A stretch of DNA of 32,000 nt from Candidatus Arthromitus sp. SFB-mouse-Japan (GCF_000270205.1 NC_015913.1:840001-872000), one strand, 5' to 3'; shown: positions 8,000 to 18,704, counted from the stretch's first letter. The notes: generated by a model from the sequence alone, not told the origin. Translations and numbers: made by a program.

Positions 8000-10900
8000 T
8001 TATAATTTAATTTTAAATGTTTTAATTTCAAATGGTTTAATCTCAAAGTCAAATTTATTGGCATTTGGAGTAATAATTTCTAGATTATTTTCTAATAAAT
8101 CACACTCATATGCTAATTGTATATTTTTTATAAACTCTATAGATACACTAGTACGTTTATTATGGAACTCATACAATCTAACTATTAAATAATCTGAATC
8201 TTCTGCTTTTTTAATTACTTCAATCATTACATTTTCTTTATTTAATTTAGCTAAACTTAAGTTATTATTAAGTTCTCCACTATGAGCATTACATACTTTT
8301 GAAAATAATTTTGTATTTAAATTATATGCAAGTTGTACTGTTTTTGCTTCTTGCCATGTTTTATCATGTGCATATATTGAATATGTGAAAAAATGTTCTT
8401 CTTTATCAGCATCTGGATTTGGATCTCCTGTTGACTTCAATAATGTAAGTCTCATATTTCCATTTTTAATATCATGTCCGTATTTAGAATCATTCAACAA
8501 CGATACTCCAAAATTTCCTTCAGATAAGTCAACCCATTTGTGTCCACAAACCTCAAATGCTGCAAGATCCCATGAAGTATTGTTATGTGTAGGTCTTGTT
8601 ACATTTCCATATTGTATTTCATAAGTAGCATCTTTTGCATTAACTTCAATTGGAAATGAAACCTTAACAAGAATGTCATTTTCTTTCCAATCAACATAAG
8701 TATTAAAATCCACTCTCTCTATATCATTATAGATATACACATACTGAATAATAATTGAATCCAAAAATTTTCTTTTAATTCTAAGGGTACTTCTAACGGG
8801 TCCATTTTCTATAACTTCAATGTCTTGAATATCGTCAATTAACCACATTTTTTCTTTATAATAAATATCTATATCCCAGTTATCAAAACACATTGGTTTA
8901 TCTTCAAATGCCTGAAGTTGATTCCCAATATGTCCAATTTTAATGATTTCTCTATTTTGCATTTTATTTATAAATGATGTTATTTGCCCTTTATTATCAA
9001 ACTTAATTTTGAAAAATCTATTTTCAGCGAAATCAATTGTAAGTATAATATCAGTTTTAATTTCTTTATTCATAGATTCTATAATTTTAAATGTTTTATA
9101 TCCATTAGCAGGTATAGCTTTGGCGAAAAATATAGCTTTAGATTCACTTATTAACTGACAAACAATTTCATTTCCATTATCATCAATTAATAGAGGATTT
9201 TTAATATTCTTTGGAATATCAAATTCAACAATATCATCTCTTTCGAAACCTAAAGTATTAAATACAACAACACTTTGATTTTTTAAGTTTATTTTATCTG
9301 AGATACTATCAATAGTCTTATCTATTAATTGAGTAACTTTATCTAACAATTCTTTATACTCAACTTTGGTTACATCGTAAACATCCTTTATAGATGATCC
9401 TGGTATTATATCATGGAATTGATTTAGTAATATTGTTTCCCATGCATCATTTATTTCTTTTTGAGTGTAGTTATCTCCAAAAATCATAGATAATGAATTG
9501 AGTTTTTCTAAAGCTAGGTATAAATTTTCACATTTTCTGTTATCTCTCTTATTTCTAGCCATAGATGTATAAGTACCTCTATGATACTCGAGATATAATT
9601 CACCGACCCATTTTGGAAGTTTTTTATGATTTGAAATTTTATTTTCTAATTTCTGGAAAAATTCTAGAGAAGTACCCATTTTAACTCTAGGAGCTCCTGG
9701 TATACCTTTGGCAAGTCTTCTTCCATTTTCTAGCATTTCAAGGGTAGCTCCACCGCCACCGTCTCCCCATCCAAAAGAAATTAAAACATCATTTGTTAAA
9801 TTTTTATTTTGAAATCTTCTCCAACTTCCCATTACAGCATCTGGTTGAATGTGTCCATTATACGTAGTAAAGAATGATAATTTATCTTGTCCTGGTCCTG
9901 ATGTAGTTATAAAATAAGTAAGCACTTCACTTCCATCTATCCCCTGCCACATAAATGCATCATTAGGAATTTTATTAAATTGATTCCATGAAATTTTAGT
10001 TGTCATAAAATATTTAATTCCAGATTTTTTTAGAATTTGTGGAATTGCTGCAGAATATCCAAATACGTCGGGAAGCCATAAAATTTTATTATCAACCTCA
10101 AACTCTTCTTTGAAAAACCTTTTTCCATGAACAATTTGTCTAATTAACGATTCTCCAGAAGTTACGTTACAATCTGATTCAACCCACATGGCACCTTCTG
10201 GTTCCCAAACTCCTTGCTTAATCTTTTCTTTAACTCTTTTATAAACTTTAGGATGATCCTCCTTTAGCATTTTATATAATTGCGGCTGTGATGACATGAA
10301 TATATATTCCGGATATTCTTCCATTAATTTAAGAACTGTTGAAAAACTCCTAGCAACCTTTTCTCTTGTCTGAGCTACTGTCCATAGCCAAGCAATATCT
10401 ATATGAGTATGTCCAACACATGTAGCTATAACATCTTCATGACCACATAATTCTCCATAGAATTTAGTATTTAAAAATTCATTAGCTTTCTTTATACTAT
10501 CATCATATTCTTTGGAGTATGGCTTTCTTAAATCAATGATATTTATAGCATCATTTAATACTGTTATCATATCTACCCTATTTTTATCTTCTTTATCTAG
10601 TTCTTTACAAACATCAAGAGGAACTTTTAAATTCCAATAAAGTTCTCTAGCATTCATATCAATAACAGTAAATTTTCCATTTAATGTTGCTTTTTTATCT
10701 GCAAGCATTCCTGCATATGCATGTAAATCAATATCATATTTTTTGCCAGCTATAGCGTTATGAGTTAATATAATTTCCCTATGATTTATGTCAACACCTT
10801 GAATGTGTTCACCGTCAACATAAATAATAAATTGAGGATTTGTAGCATCCCAACCTTCCTCGAAGGTAGATAAATTAAGAGCTATTGTTTGTCCAGTAAA

Positions 10901-11131
10901 ATTTTCCGGAACAACAACACTAAATTTGAACCACCCATGACAATCTCTTCCACCCCATAAATCTCCACTCTTAAATTTTCTCCATTTATCTTCACTAACT
11001 TCTTTGATTAATTCAATATTATGGTAATTTCCATCGACATACATAAAATTGTCAATATTAATTGTATTTTTATATATGTGTTTTTGAATTTCTCTGCAGA
11101 TTTTATCAATTCTTTCTAATAAATAAGTCAT
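8000..11131 (-). CDS. GH38 alpha-mannosidase, cytoplasmic
   Basis: 1043 aa with no signal peptide. The GH38 metal-binding motif GHTHIDIAWLW is present, along with conserved WLPDVFGYS and EYHRGTYTS segments typical of bacterial GH38 enzymes. Confidence 0.9.
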   Translation of the reverse strand: MTYLLERIDKICREIQKHIYKNTINIDNFMYVDGNYHNIELIKEVSEDKWRKFKSGDLWGGRDCHGWFKFSVVVPENFTGQTIALNLSTFEEGWDATNPQFIIYVDGEHIQGVDINHREIILTHNAIAGKKYDIDLHAYAGMLADKKATLNGKFTVIDMNARELYWNLKVPLDVCKELDKEDKNRVDMITVLNDAINIIDLRKPYSKEYDDSIKKANEFLNTKFYGELCGHEDVIATCVGHTHIDIAWLWTVAQTREKVARSFSTVLKLMEEYPEYIFMSSQPQLYKMLKEDHPKVYKRVKEKIKQGVWEPEGAMWVESDCNVTSGESLIRQIVHGKRFFKEEFEVDNKILWLPDVFGYSAAIPQILKKSGIKYFMTTKISWNQFNKIPNDAFMWQGIDGSEVLTYFITTSGPGQDKLSFFTTYNGHIQPDAVMGSWRRFQNKNLTNDVLISFGWGDGGGGATLEMLENGRRLAKGIPGAPRVKMGTSLEFFQKLENKISNHKKLPKWVGELYLEYHRGTYTSMARNKRDNRKCENLYLALEKLNSLSMIFGDNYTQKEINDAWETILLNQFHDIIPGSSIKDVYDVTKVEYKELLDKVTQLIDKTIDSISDKINLKNQSVVVFNTLGFERDDIVEFDIPKNIKNPLLIDDNGNEIVCQLISESKAIFFAKAIPANGYKTFKIIESMNKEIKTDIILTIDFAENRFFKIKFDNKGQITSFINKMQNREIIKIGHIGNQLQAFEDKPMCFDNWDIDIYYKEKMWLIDDIQDIEVIENGPVRSTLRIKRKFLDSIIIQYVYIYNDIERVDFNTYVDWKENDILVKVSFPIEVNAKDATYEIQYGNVTRPTHNNTSWDLAAFEVCGHKWVDLSEGNFGVSLLNDSKYGHDIKNGNMRLTLLKSTGDPNPDADKEEHFFTYSIYAHDKTWQEAKTVQLAYNLNTKLFSKVCNAHSGELNNNLSLAKLNKENVMIEVIKKAEDSDYLIVRLYEFHNKRTSVSIEFIKNIQLAYECDLLENNLEIITPNANKFDFEIKPFEIKTFKIKL

Positions 11132-11153
11132 TTTAAAATAATCCCCTCTTTTA

Positions 11154-12101
11154 TTATTCTTTTACAGCTCCAACAGTCAATCCACTTACAAAATATTTCT
11201 GAAAAAATGGATATGCACATATTACTGGTAGTGTTGATATTACAACTATAGCCATTTTTATTGTATCTTTCGGTAGTTTCGATGCTTGTTCAACAGCAGC
11301 TATACCAAGGCTAGATGAATTATTAGTCAAAAACTCTATAGATTTTTCTAATTTCACAAGTAAATATTGAAGTGGCATTAAACTATTGTTATCTATATAG
11401 AGCATTGCATTAAACCAATCGTTCCAGAATCCTAAAGTTAAAAATAAAGCTATTGTCGTTATTGCTGGAAGTGATATTGGTAAAACTATTTTTAAAAACA
11501 ATAGCCACTCCGATGCTCCATCAATTTTTGCTGATTCAATAATTGCATCGGGTACTGTGGTTTTAAAAAATGTTCTAAGAATTATTATGTGGAAAGAACT
11601 AACACAAATAGGTAAAATAAGTGCTAGTAGATTATTTTTTAATCCTAAAAATCTTGTTACAACTAAATAAGAGGCAACCATACCTCCTGAAAACAACATA
11701 GGTATAAATATAAGTTTTGTAAAAAATTTTCTATAAGCAAAATTTTTACGAGATAAGGCATATGCATATGTCGTCATGATTATTAAACCAAGTAAAGTTC
11801 CCGTTATTGTAACAAATATTGTAATTCCATAAGCATTTAAGATATTACTTCCAGATGCAAAAATATATTTATAAGCATCAAGGCTCCATTCAGAAGGCCA
11901 AAACTGGTAACCATTTAATTGAAGTGATTGCTCACTTGTAAACGAAATAATAAGTACAAATACAAATGGAACAATACATAATGCTGCTAATATGATAAAT
12001 AGCAAATTAAACATAAAATTAGTTTTTTTAGATATAGCATTAAACTTCATAATTTTTTCTTCTGATTGTGATACTTTTTTAGTCTTTGATACTCTACTCA
12101 T
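11154..12101 (-). CDS. Carbohydrate ABC transporter permease (LplC/YtcP-like)
   Basis: 315 aa with multiple TM segments. The EAA-loop region AKIDGASEWLLFLKIVLP is present. ATG at 12101 follows GGGGTGA. Confidence 0.88.
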   Translation of the reverse strand: MSRVSKTKKVSQSEEKIMKFNAISKKTNFMFNLLFIILAALCIVPFVFVLIISFTSEQSLQLNGYQFWPSEWSLDAYKYIFASGSNILNAYGITIFVTITGTLLGLIIMTTYAYALSRKNFAYRKFFTKLIFIPMLFSGGMVASYLVVTRFLGLKNNLLALILPICVSSFHIIILRTFFKTTVPDAIIESAKIDGASEWLLFLKIVLPISLPAITTIALFLTLGFWNDWFNAMLYIDNNSLMPLQYLLVKLEKSIEFLTNNSSSLGIAAVEQASKLPKDTIKMAIVVISTLPVICAYPFFQKYFVSGLTVGAVKE

Positions 12102-12120
12102 AAATTAAATCACCCCATTT

Positions 12121-13080
12121 CTAGAAGAATGCATTTTCTTCATCAACCTTTCTAACTATTCCGTTTGTAACTAAAATAAGAACTAGTCCAACAAAAGATT
12201 GATATAATGCAGCAGCAGAACTCATACCGATATCTCCTAAATTGATAAGTCCTCTATAAACATAAGTATCAATAACATTTGTTACAGAATATAAAGCTCC
12301 TGAATCTTTAGGTAGTTGATAGAATAATCCAAAATCAGCTCTAAATATTCCCCCAACGGCCGTTATAAACATAATTATCAAGACAGGTTTTAATAAAGGA
12401 AGTGTTATATATTTTATTTGCTGAAATTTATTTGCACCATCTATCATAGCAGCTTCAAAATAAGACTTGTCTATACCACAAATGGATGCTAAGTAAACTA
12501 CAGTTCCATATCCAACACCTTTCCACTGACTCATAAAGATAATTATAAATATCCAATATTTAGGCTCTGTGTACCAGGATATCCGATCCCCACCTAGAGA
12601 AGTGATTATATTATTTAAATATCCTTTATCTGGACTTAAAAAAGTATATAAACAATAACTCACCACAACCCAGGATAAAAAATATGGAAGAAACATTGCG
12701 CTTTGATAAAATTTTGATAATTTTTTGTTAAGTAATTCCTTTAAAAGTATTGCAAGTGTTACAGGAATAACTATACCTAAAATTATAAAAGTTATATTAT
12801 AAAGAATGGTATTTTTTGTAATAAGCCACGCATCACTACTTCCAAATAAGAATTTAAAATTCCGTAATCCAACCCACTCACTTTTAATTAAACTTTCTAA
12901 AAAACCACCGTGAATTCTCCAATTTTTAAAAGCTAAGACTATACCGAACATAGGTAAATAAGCAAAAACCAAAAACCATAGTGTGCCTGGTATCGTAAGA
13001 AATAAAAGCTCTTTATTCTCTTTAAACGTTTTAAATATAGATTTTTTATTAGCTTTATTAGAACTTTTAACTCTAGACAA
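12121..13080 (-). CDS. Carbohydrate ABC transporter permease (LplB/YteP-like)
   Basis: The maximal ORF runs to a TTG at 13128. I prefer the TTG at 13080 because it lies 9 nt after a strong AAGGAG (13090-13095), giving MSRVKSSNKANKKS..., a typical basic N-terminus. The EAA loop AAMIDGANKFQQIKYITLP is present. Confidence 0.85.
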   Translation of the reverse strand: MSRVKSSNKANKKSIFKTFKENKELLFLTIPGTLWFLVFAYLPMFGIVLAFKNWRIHGGFLESLIKSEWVGLRNFKFLFGSSDAWLITKNTILYNITFIILGIVIPVTLAILLKELLNKKLSKFYQSAMFLPYFLSWVVVSYCLYTFLSPDKGYLNNIITSLGGDRISWYTEPKYWIFIIIFMSQWKGVGYGTVVYLASICGIDKSYFEAAMIDGANKFQQIKYITLPLLKPVLIIMFITAVGGIFRADFGLFYQLPKDSGALYSVTNVIDTYVYRGLINLGDIGMSSAAALYQSFVGLVLILVTNGIVRKVDEENAFF

Positions 13081-13204
13081 CCAACTCAACTCCTTTACAT
13101 ATATTTGTGTAAATTTTCCATCAAACAATTAAACTATAACATATAACTATTGATGCTTTGAGTTTAAAAATTTTAGATTTAGTGAACAAATTAAGGATTT
13201 CAAA

Positions 13205-13243
13205 AAAGTATTTATACTTATCTGTAGTAAATATAAATACTTT
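13205..13243 (-). terminator. Weak candidate terminator / stem-loop after the response-regulator gene
   Basis: Perfect 12-bp inverted repeat AAAGTATTTATA (13205-13216) and TATAAATACTTT (13232-13243) with a 15-nt loop. The stem is almost all A:T and the U-tract is short, so support is low. Confidence 0.3.
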
Positions 13244-13247
13244 GATT

Positions 13248-14777
13248 TTAATATTTTTTCATATTTCTTAAAGTTGATGGACATACACCAAAATATTTTT
13301 TAAATTTCCTATAAAAATAACTCGTATCTATATAACCTACAGATCTTGCAATATCGTTAATCCTCATATTTGTATTCAATATAAGATCCTTTGCTTTAGT
13401 ATTTTTAATCTTGTTTAAATACTCAGAAAATGAAACACCAACTTCTTTAGTAAATATTTGTCCTAAATAAGAACTATTTATGTTGTATTTTTGTGCAAGT
13501 GTTTTTAAACTTAATTCTTTATGATAATTTTTATTTATTAGATTGATAACTTGTCTAATTACAGGACTATAACAAACATCAGTATTATTCATAAGTTCAA
13601 TTATTTCTCTAAGCTCGCTTGTAATAAATGTTTTAACATTTTCTCTAGTATTTTCACTACAAAGTTCTAATATCATATTGCCTAAACTATCATCTTCATA
13701 TTTATCACTTGACTTTTTTAATTTGAATTCTTCAAGTATGTTGTGTATTAAAAATATTATTTTTATACAAAGATCGTAAATATTCTTAGGACTCAGCTGA
13801 TTGTTGTCAAAAATATTTTCAATATAATTTTCAAGCTCGTAGAGTTTTTTCTCTATTATCAACTTGTTTATATTTTCAAGTTCTTTTGAAAATGTTAAAT
13901 TGTTATCATTAATATAATTCAAAGAGTATCTATCAAGACAAATGTTACTTCCCTCTGTAAGCATATATTTATTCAAAGCTTTTGCTATATCATAAGTGAA
14001 TTCGATTTTATCGACACTATCTGTTAAATCTCCAATTGATATAAAAACTTTCTGGTTTAATTTTTCAATTATATTATTTTTAACTTCTTCATAGTAATTC
14101 TTTATTTCTAAATACTCAGTATGTTTATTCCAAGAATTTATTATAATTATTTGACCGTCATATCTATGTAAAATTTCATATCCTTCTTTAAAAATTCCTT
14201 TAAATATATTTTCTATATATAGGGTTAGATCTTTTTTACCCTTATTTATAAATGTTATGATTGCAACAGTGTAATTTTTATGTTTAAGAGAAAAATCTAA
14301 ATGATTCTCAATTTTTACTAATTCTTCCTTAGATGCATTTCCGTTTATATATTGAAATAAAATTCTATTTTTAGTTAATATCTTATTCTCTATGTTCTTA
14401 TTGTTATTTATCTCCATCACTATTTTATTTAAAGTTAATTTAAGTTCATCCTCATCTATGGGTTTTAAAATATAATTATCAGCACCATATTTTATGGCTT
14501 CTTTTGCATAGGAAAATTCATCATATCCACTTATAATAATAAATCTAGTTTTATCGTTGATAGATTTAATCCTTTTTAATAATTCAAGTCCGTTTAACTT
14601 AGGCATATTTATATCACTAATAATAATATCAACTGGATCTTCCGTAAATTTCTCAATTGCATCTTTCCCATTGCTCGATGTTTTAGTAACTTTTAGATCG
14701 AGTTCCTCCCAGTCTAATATATTTAATAGACCTTCGATTATTAATTTTTCATCATCAACTAACATAACTTTATTCAT
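13248..14777 (-). CDS. Two-component response regulator with AraC-type HTH output (YesN-like)
   Basis: The receiver domain has MLVDDE...ISDINMPKLNG. The C-terminus has an AraC HTH (YFYRKFKKYFGVCPSTLR). The track ORF starts at a GTG at 14792. I prefer the ATG at 14777 (MNKVMLVDDE), which lies 7 nt after the kinase stop. Confidence 0.88.
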   Translation of the reverse strand: MNKVMLVDDEKLIIEGLLNILDWEELDLKVTKTSSNGKDAIEKFTEDPVDIIISDINMPKLNGLELLKRIKSINDKTRFIIISGYDEFSYAKEAIKYGADNYILKPIDEDELKLTLNKIVMEINNNKNIENKILTKNRILFQYINGNASKEELVKIENHLDFSLKHKNYTVAIITFINKGKKDLTLYIENIFKGIFKEGYEILHRYDGQIIIINSWNKHTEYLEIKNYYEEVKNNIIEKLNQKVFISIGDLTDSVDKIEFTYDIAKALNKYMLTEGSNICLDRYSLNYINDNNLTFSKELENINKLIIEKKLYELENYIENIFDNNQLSPKNIYDLCIKIIFLIHNILEEFKLKKSSDKYEDDSLGNMILELCSENTRENVKTFITSELREIIELMNNTDVCYSPVIRQVINLINKNYHKELSLKTLAQKYNINSSYLGQIFTKEVGVSFSEYLNKIKNTKAKDLILNTNMRINDIARSVGYIDTSYFYRKFKKYFGVCPSTLRNMKKY

Positions 14778-14784
14778 GATAAAC

Positions 14785-16524
14785 CTACACACCTTTACAT
14801 GGTATTTTTATAATAACAATATTTTCACCTTCATCATTAGTCATTAAGGATATACCATACCCTTTACCATATTCTAATAAAATTCTCTTATGTACGTTAA
14901 TTATTCCCATAGAATTATTATTGCTATATATGTCATTTTGAATTTTATGATTTATTAAGTTCCGTTTTTCCTCATCAATACCTATTCCATTATCTATTAT
15001 TTTAATAAGTATAACATCAGAATTTATAGAAGAGATAAGTATCTTTAAAATATTATCGCTATTCTCAAAATTTATCCCGTGAATAAAATAATTTTCAATT
15101 AATGGTTGCAGTGTAAATTTTGGTATCCCTTTGTCTTTAAGTGAATCATCACATTCTATATAAAAATCAAATAAATCATTGTACCTAAATTTAAATAACT
15201 CAACATATTTAGTGCAATATTTAAGCTCTGTATTTATCGTTATGATATTTTTATCTTTTAACTGATTTCTAAATAACACAGATAATATATAAAGCATCTT
15301 TCCAACTTCTTTATCGCCATTACATATTGCCTTCATCCTTATGGACTCAAGTGTATTATACAAAAAGTGAGGATTTATTTGATTTTGTAAAGATATCATT
15401 TCTGCTTTTTTAAGCTCTAATTCCGCTCTATATCTCTTATCTATATGGGTGTTTAAATCTTTACACATTTTATTAAAATTATCTGCTATATAATTTATTT
15501 CATCTAAATCTGAAGTCAAAGGTATTTCAATGTCTAAATTTCCGTGCCTAACTTTATCCATAGCATTTAAAATTTCGTTTGTCCTATTACCTAGATTTTT
15601 AATTTTAAAGAAAGCTATTAATTGAGATAAGAATATGAGAGATAATGCTATAAAAATTATCAAAGCTATACTACCATATAGATTTTCTATATTTTTAGAT
15701 TCCATCATCGATATAACTGTAAGTCCATCTTTATTCAAATACGTTTTAATATAGTAAAGTGTATTTAGCATTATTTTTTTGTCATCATCATGATGAATCA
15801 CATCTTCATAATACATATAAGGCTCATATCCTAATTTTTCATCCGAATCATATACGACATAACCTATATTATTTAAAATTAAAACATTAGACTTTTGATC
15901 ATACTTTTCTAACACTTTCTTCAGGTATTCCAAATTATAAGTTAGAATCATTAATCCTTTGGTTTCTAAATTAATTGGATCATTGATTTCTTTTAAAAGA
16001 CTTATACTATTTTTATCTGTTAGTATATTTAGCAATCCTACATCACTATAAAAATCCTCTTTATTAACCTTTGTTACATTTATTTGATTTGATCGATTGA
16101 ATACACTTTTGGTATTCATATTAAAACTCACAAATCCAATTTCTTTTAAATTCTCATTTGACATAAATGAGCTTCTCACAAATTTTTCAATCCCTATATG
16201 ATAAGATGAATTACTCAATGACAGCTTGTCTAACTTTTGAGTTAAATAGTTTATTGTGTCAGCATTTAGAAATTTAATTATATCCTCCACAACAAAATCA
16301 TCAGTATAAATATCATTAACAATTCTTAACGAATGATTATAAATATACTCAAGTTCATTATCAACATCATTTAAAATTTTCTCATTAATATACAATTGAG
16401 ATTCTTTAACATTTGAAATTAAATATCTCATTAAGTAAATATCTAAAGTTAACATTAAAAAAATGACTGTGATTGTATTTATCCAAAAAATTTTTTTGTA
16501 AACTTTGGATTTATTTTCAACCAT
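14785..16524 (-). CDS. Sensor histidine kinase (YesM-like; two TM segments, extracellular sensor, HAMP, His_kinase and HATPase domains)
   Basis: 579 aa. N-terminal TM (ITVIFLMLTLDIYL) and a second TM (IALIIFIALSLIFLSQLIAFF) flank a sensor domain of about 260 aa. The motif NQINPHFLYNTLESI carries the phospho-acceptor His of the LytS/YehU-type class. DNGIGI marks the ATPase domain. RBS AGGAGA is present. Confidence 0.88.
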   Translation of the reverse strand: MVENKSKVYKKIFWINTITVIFLMLTLDIYLMRYLISNVKESQLYINEKILNDVDNELEYIYNHSLRIVNDIYTDDFVVEDIIKFLNADTINYLTQKLDKLSLSNSSYHIGIEKFVRSSFMSNENLKEIGFVSFNMNTKSVFNRSNQINVTKVNKEDFYSDVGLLNILTDKNSISLLKEINDPINLETKGLMILTYNLEYLKKVLEKYDQKSNVLILNNIGYVVYDSDEKLGYEPYMYYEDVIHHDDDKKIMLNTLYYIKTYLNKDGLTVISMMESKNIENLYGSIALIIFIALSLIFLSQLIAFFKIKNLGNRTNEILNAMDKVRHGNLDIEIPLTSDLDEINYIADNFNKMCKDLNTHIDKRYRAELELKKAEMISLQNQINPHFLYNTLESIRMKAICNGDKEVGKMLYILSVLFRNQLKDKNIITINTELKYCTKYVELFKFRYNDLFDFYIECDDSLKDKGIPKFTLQPLIENYFIHGINFENSDNILKILISSINSDVILIKIIDNGIGIDEEKRNLINHKIQNDIYSNNNSMGIINVHKRILLEYGKGYGISLMTNDEGENIVIIKIPCKGV

Positions 16525-16612
16525 ATTTTATCTCCTAAAATTAACTCATGTTTAATTACACGAATGTGGGATAAATTAATTTTTTATGGAATTATTATAT
16601 AATTTTAATTAA

Positions 16613-16640
16613 ATTATACAGTAATGTTTGAATTTGTAAA
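16613..16640 (-). promoter_or_regulatory. Candidate sigma-A promoter for the kinase/regulator operon
   Basis: On the minus strand, -35 TTTACA (16635-16640), a 16-nt spacer, and a perfect -10 TATAAT (16613-16618). It lies about 90 nt upstream of the kinase ATG. Confidence 0.4.
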
Positions 16641-16656
16641 CCTTTTAAATTATATT
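16628..16656 (+). promoter_or_regulatory. Candidate sigma-A promoter for the DUF624-GH125 operon
   Basis: On the plus strand, -35 TTGAAT (16628-16633), a 17-nt spacer, and -10 TATATT (16651-16656). It lies about 37 nt upstream of the ATG at 16693 and overlaps the divergent minus-strand promoter. Confidence 0.35.
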
Positions 16657-16692
16657 AGTATTAGATTAGTAGAAAATTTTTGGAGGTGGTGT

Positions 16693-17376
16693 ATGCTAAA
16701 CGAAATCTTTAATTTTGAAAAATTGTTTGATACTTTCAACTATGTATTTTGGTTTTTCATACTAAATCTTCTCTTCTGGATATTTAATATCCCAATTATT
16801 TTATTTTTCATGTTTATAGGAATTAGTAGAATAACTACATATTTCCCTCTATTTTTAGTTTGTTTATTACCGACTGCACCAATATTTACAGTGTTATTAT
16901 ACTGTGTGAACAAGCTTTACAAAAATAAGAATATATCTATACTATCTGACTTTATACGAGGATTTAAATTAAACTTTATACAAGCATTGGTTGTGTGGAT
17001 AATTGAATTGATAATTTTATTTATCATTTATTCAAATATTAAATTTTTTACACTAATATTCGACAGCTTAGTACTAAATGGATTATTTATAGGAATTTTA
17101 ATTTTACTTGGAATTATTACACCATTTTTATTTTTAATTATCAGTAGATTCTCTATGAAAAATCTAGATGTATTAAAACTTGGTTTTACTTTGGCATTTA
17201 CAAGACCTATTTTAACTATAACAAATACACTTTTAATACTTGTATTTTTAATTTTATTTGAACTTAATAGTGCAATTTTATTGTTTGTTTCATCTATATT
17301 TGCGTTTTGCTTGGTGTTTATTAATAGAACAGTATTTAGTGAACTTGAAGAAATTTCAAGGAGAAATAATAAATAG
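16693..17376 (+). CDS. YesL-like DUF624 integral membrane protein
   Basis: The track ORF starts at 16624. I prefer the ATG at 16693, which lies 6 nt after GGAGG (16683-16687) and gives a 227-aa product. It is a polytopic hydrophobic protein of the size and pattern of DUF624 proteins that accompany YesM/YesN-regulated sugar loci. Confidence 0.7.
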   Translation: MLNEIFNFEKLFDTFNYVFWFFILNLLFWIFNIPIILFFMFIGISRITTYFPLFLVCLLPTAPIFTVLLYCVNKLYKNKNISILSDFIRGFKLNFIQALVVWIIELIILFIIYSNIKFFTLIFDSLVLNGLFIGILILLGIITPFLFLIISRFSMKNLDVLKLGFTLAFTRPILTITNTLLILVFLILFELNSAILLFVSSIFAFCLVFINRTVFSELEEISRRNNK

Positions 17377-17391
17377 GAAAGGATATTTATT

Positions 17392-18684
17392 ATGAATAAA
17401 TGTACGTATAAAAATTTAGATGTATTTAAAGATATTATTAAAAAAATAGCAGTTGATCTATCTAACTCCATTAATGATGAGAAGCTAAAAAAAATGTTTT
17501 GTAATTGCTTTATAAATACTCTTGAAACCACGATGAGTTTTGAAAAAGACGATACATTTGTAATAACTGGAGATATTCCAGCAATGTGGTTACGAGATTC
17601 AACTTCTCAGGTTGAACATTATATACCCTTTATAAAGCAATATCCAGAGCTAAAAGATATGTTTATCGGTCTAATTAATAGACAAGTTAAATGTATTTTA
17701 ATTGACCCTTATGCTAATGCATTTAATAAAGAACCGAATGGTAATAAATGGGATAATGATATTACGGAGGATAATCCTTGGGTATGGGAGAGAAAGTATG
17801 AAATAGATTCACTTTGTTTTCCTATAAGATTAATATATAAATATTGGAAAGAGTCATCGGATTCTAGCTTTTTTAACGATGATATTTTAAAAGTTTTTAA
17901 GACAATTATTGGAATTTGGAAAACCGAACAATACCATTTTGAGGAATCAAAATATAAATTTCAGAGATTAAATTGTTCTGAAAGTGATACTTTATCCCAC
18001 AATGGTATGGGAAATCCTGTAACTTACACTGGCATGACTTGGTCAGGATTTAGGCCTAGTGATGATTCTTGTGAATATGGATATCTTGTTCCTTCCAATA
18101 TGTTTTGTGTCGTCGTGTTATCATATATATCAGAGATAGCTAATGAAATTTATAACGATAGCGATTTAAGTAAAAATGCACTTAATCTTAGGGATGAAAT
18201 TGAGAATGGAATAAATAAGTTTGCTATTATTAACCATAAAATTTATGGAAAAATATATGCATATGAAGTTGATGGATTTGGAAATTATAACCTAATGGAC
18301 GATGCAAACGTTCCAAGTTTACTCTCTATACCATACATTGAATATAGAAATTTTGATGACAAGATTTATCAAAATACTAGAAAATTTATTTTAAGTAATA
18401 ATAATCCTTATTATTATGAAGGATCTTTCACATCAGGAATTGGAAGTCCTCATACACCAGAAAATTATATATGGCATATAGCTTTATGTATGCAAGGAAT
18501 TACAACTAAAGATAAAAATGAAGTTAAAGAATTACTAAATACAATTATCAGATGTGATGGTGATACTAATTATATGCATGAAGGATTTAACAAGGATAAT
18601 CCCAAAGAATTTACTCGTGATTGGTTTGCTTGGGCTAATTCACTTTTTGCAGACTTTATATATAAAAAATTAATAAAAGAGTAG
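17392..18684 (+). CDS. GH125 exo-alpha-1,6-mannosidase (DUF1237 family), cytoplasmic
   Basis: 430 aa with no signal peptide. Conserved segments [29 protein letters not shown] and [10 protein letters not shown] are typical of the metal-independent GH125 mannosidases characterised from C. perfringens and S. pneumoniae. Confidence 0.88.
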   Translation: MNKCTYKNLDVFKDIIKKIAVDLSNSINDEKLKKMFCNCFINTLETTMSFEKDDTFVITGDIPAMWLRDSTSQVEHYIPFIKQYPELKDMFIGLINRQVKCILIDPYANAFNKEPNGNKWDNDITEDNPWVWERKYEIDSLCFPIRLIYKYWKESSDSSFFNDDILKVFKTIIGIWKTEQYHFEESKYKFQRLNCSESDTLSHNGMGNPVTYTGMTWSGFRPSDDSCEYGYLVPSNMFCVVVLSYISEIANEIYNDSDLSKNALNLRDEIENGINKFAIINHKIYGKIYAYEVDGFGNYNLMDDANVPSLLSIPYIEYRNFDDKIYQNTRKFILSNNNPYYYEGSFTSGIGSPHTPENYIWHIALCMQGITTKDKNEVKELLNTIIRCDGDTNYMHEGFNKDNPKEFTRDWFAWANSLFADFIYKKLIKE

Positions 18685-18704
18685 TCGTAAATGACTACTC
18701 TTTT
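18675..18704. terminator. Bidirectional rho-independent terminator between the convergent GH125 and GH31 genes
   Basis: Stem AAAAGAGTAGTC (18675-18686) pairs with GACTACTCTTTT (18693-18704), with loop GTAAAT. T-runs follow on both strands (TTTTTTAT on plus, TTTTATTA on minus). Confidence 0.75.

Noticed and set aside
13021-13035. Near-palindrome TTTAAACGTTTTAAA, and a similar ATAAACGTTTTTAT at about 5409-5422, considered as cre sites.
   Set aside because: Both lack the conserved TG and CA ends of the cre consensus. The first lies inside the permease coding sequence.
16624-16692. Upstream extension of the DUF624 ORF as given in the track. Analogous extensions are the non-ATG starts at 13128 (permease), 14792 (response regulator), 25766 (hsdR) and 27060 (hsdS).
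   Set aside because: In each case a downstream start codon sits at proper distance from a strong SD-like sequence and gives an N-terminus typical of the family. The longer forms start too close to, or upstream of, the RBS.
17028-17531. 167-aa minus-strand ORF overlapping the DUF624 and GH125 genes. Similar antisense ORFs from the track are 800-988, 2438-2626, 3441-3662, 4941-5234, 5632-5958, 6104-6334, 7749-7934, 8385-8624, 8943-9158, 14557-14847, 20605-20799, 22041-22238, 22813-23124, 24290-24527, 24904-25222, 25674-25886, 30044-30226 and 30778-30972.
   Set aside because: All lie antisense to, or overlap, much longer ORFs with clear family motifs. Their translations are low-complexity and Ile/Phe/Ser/Leu-rich, as expected from the reverse strand of AT-rich coding DNA. 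None has a convincing RBS.
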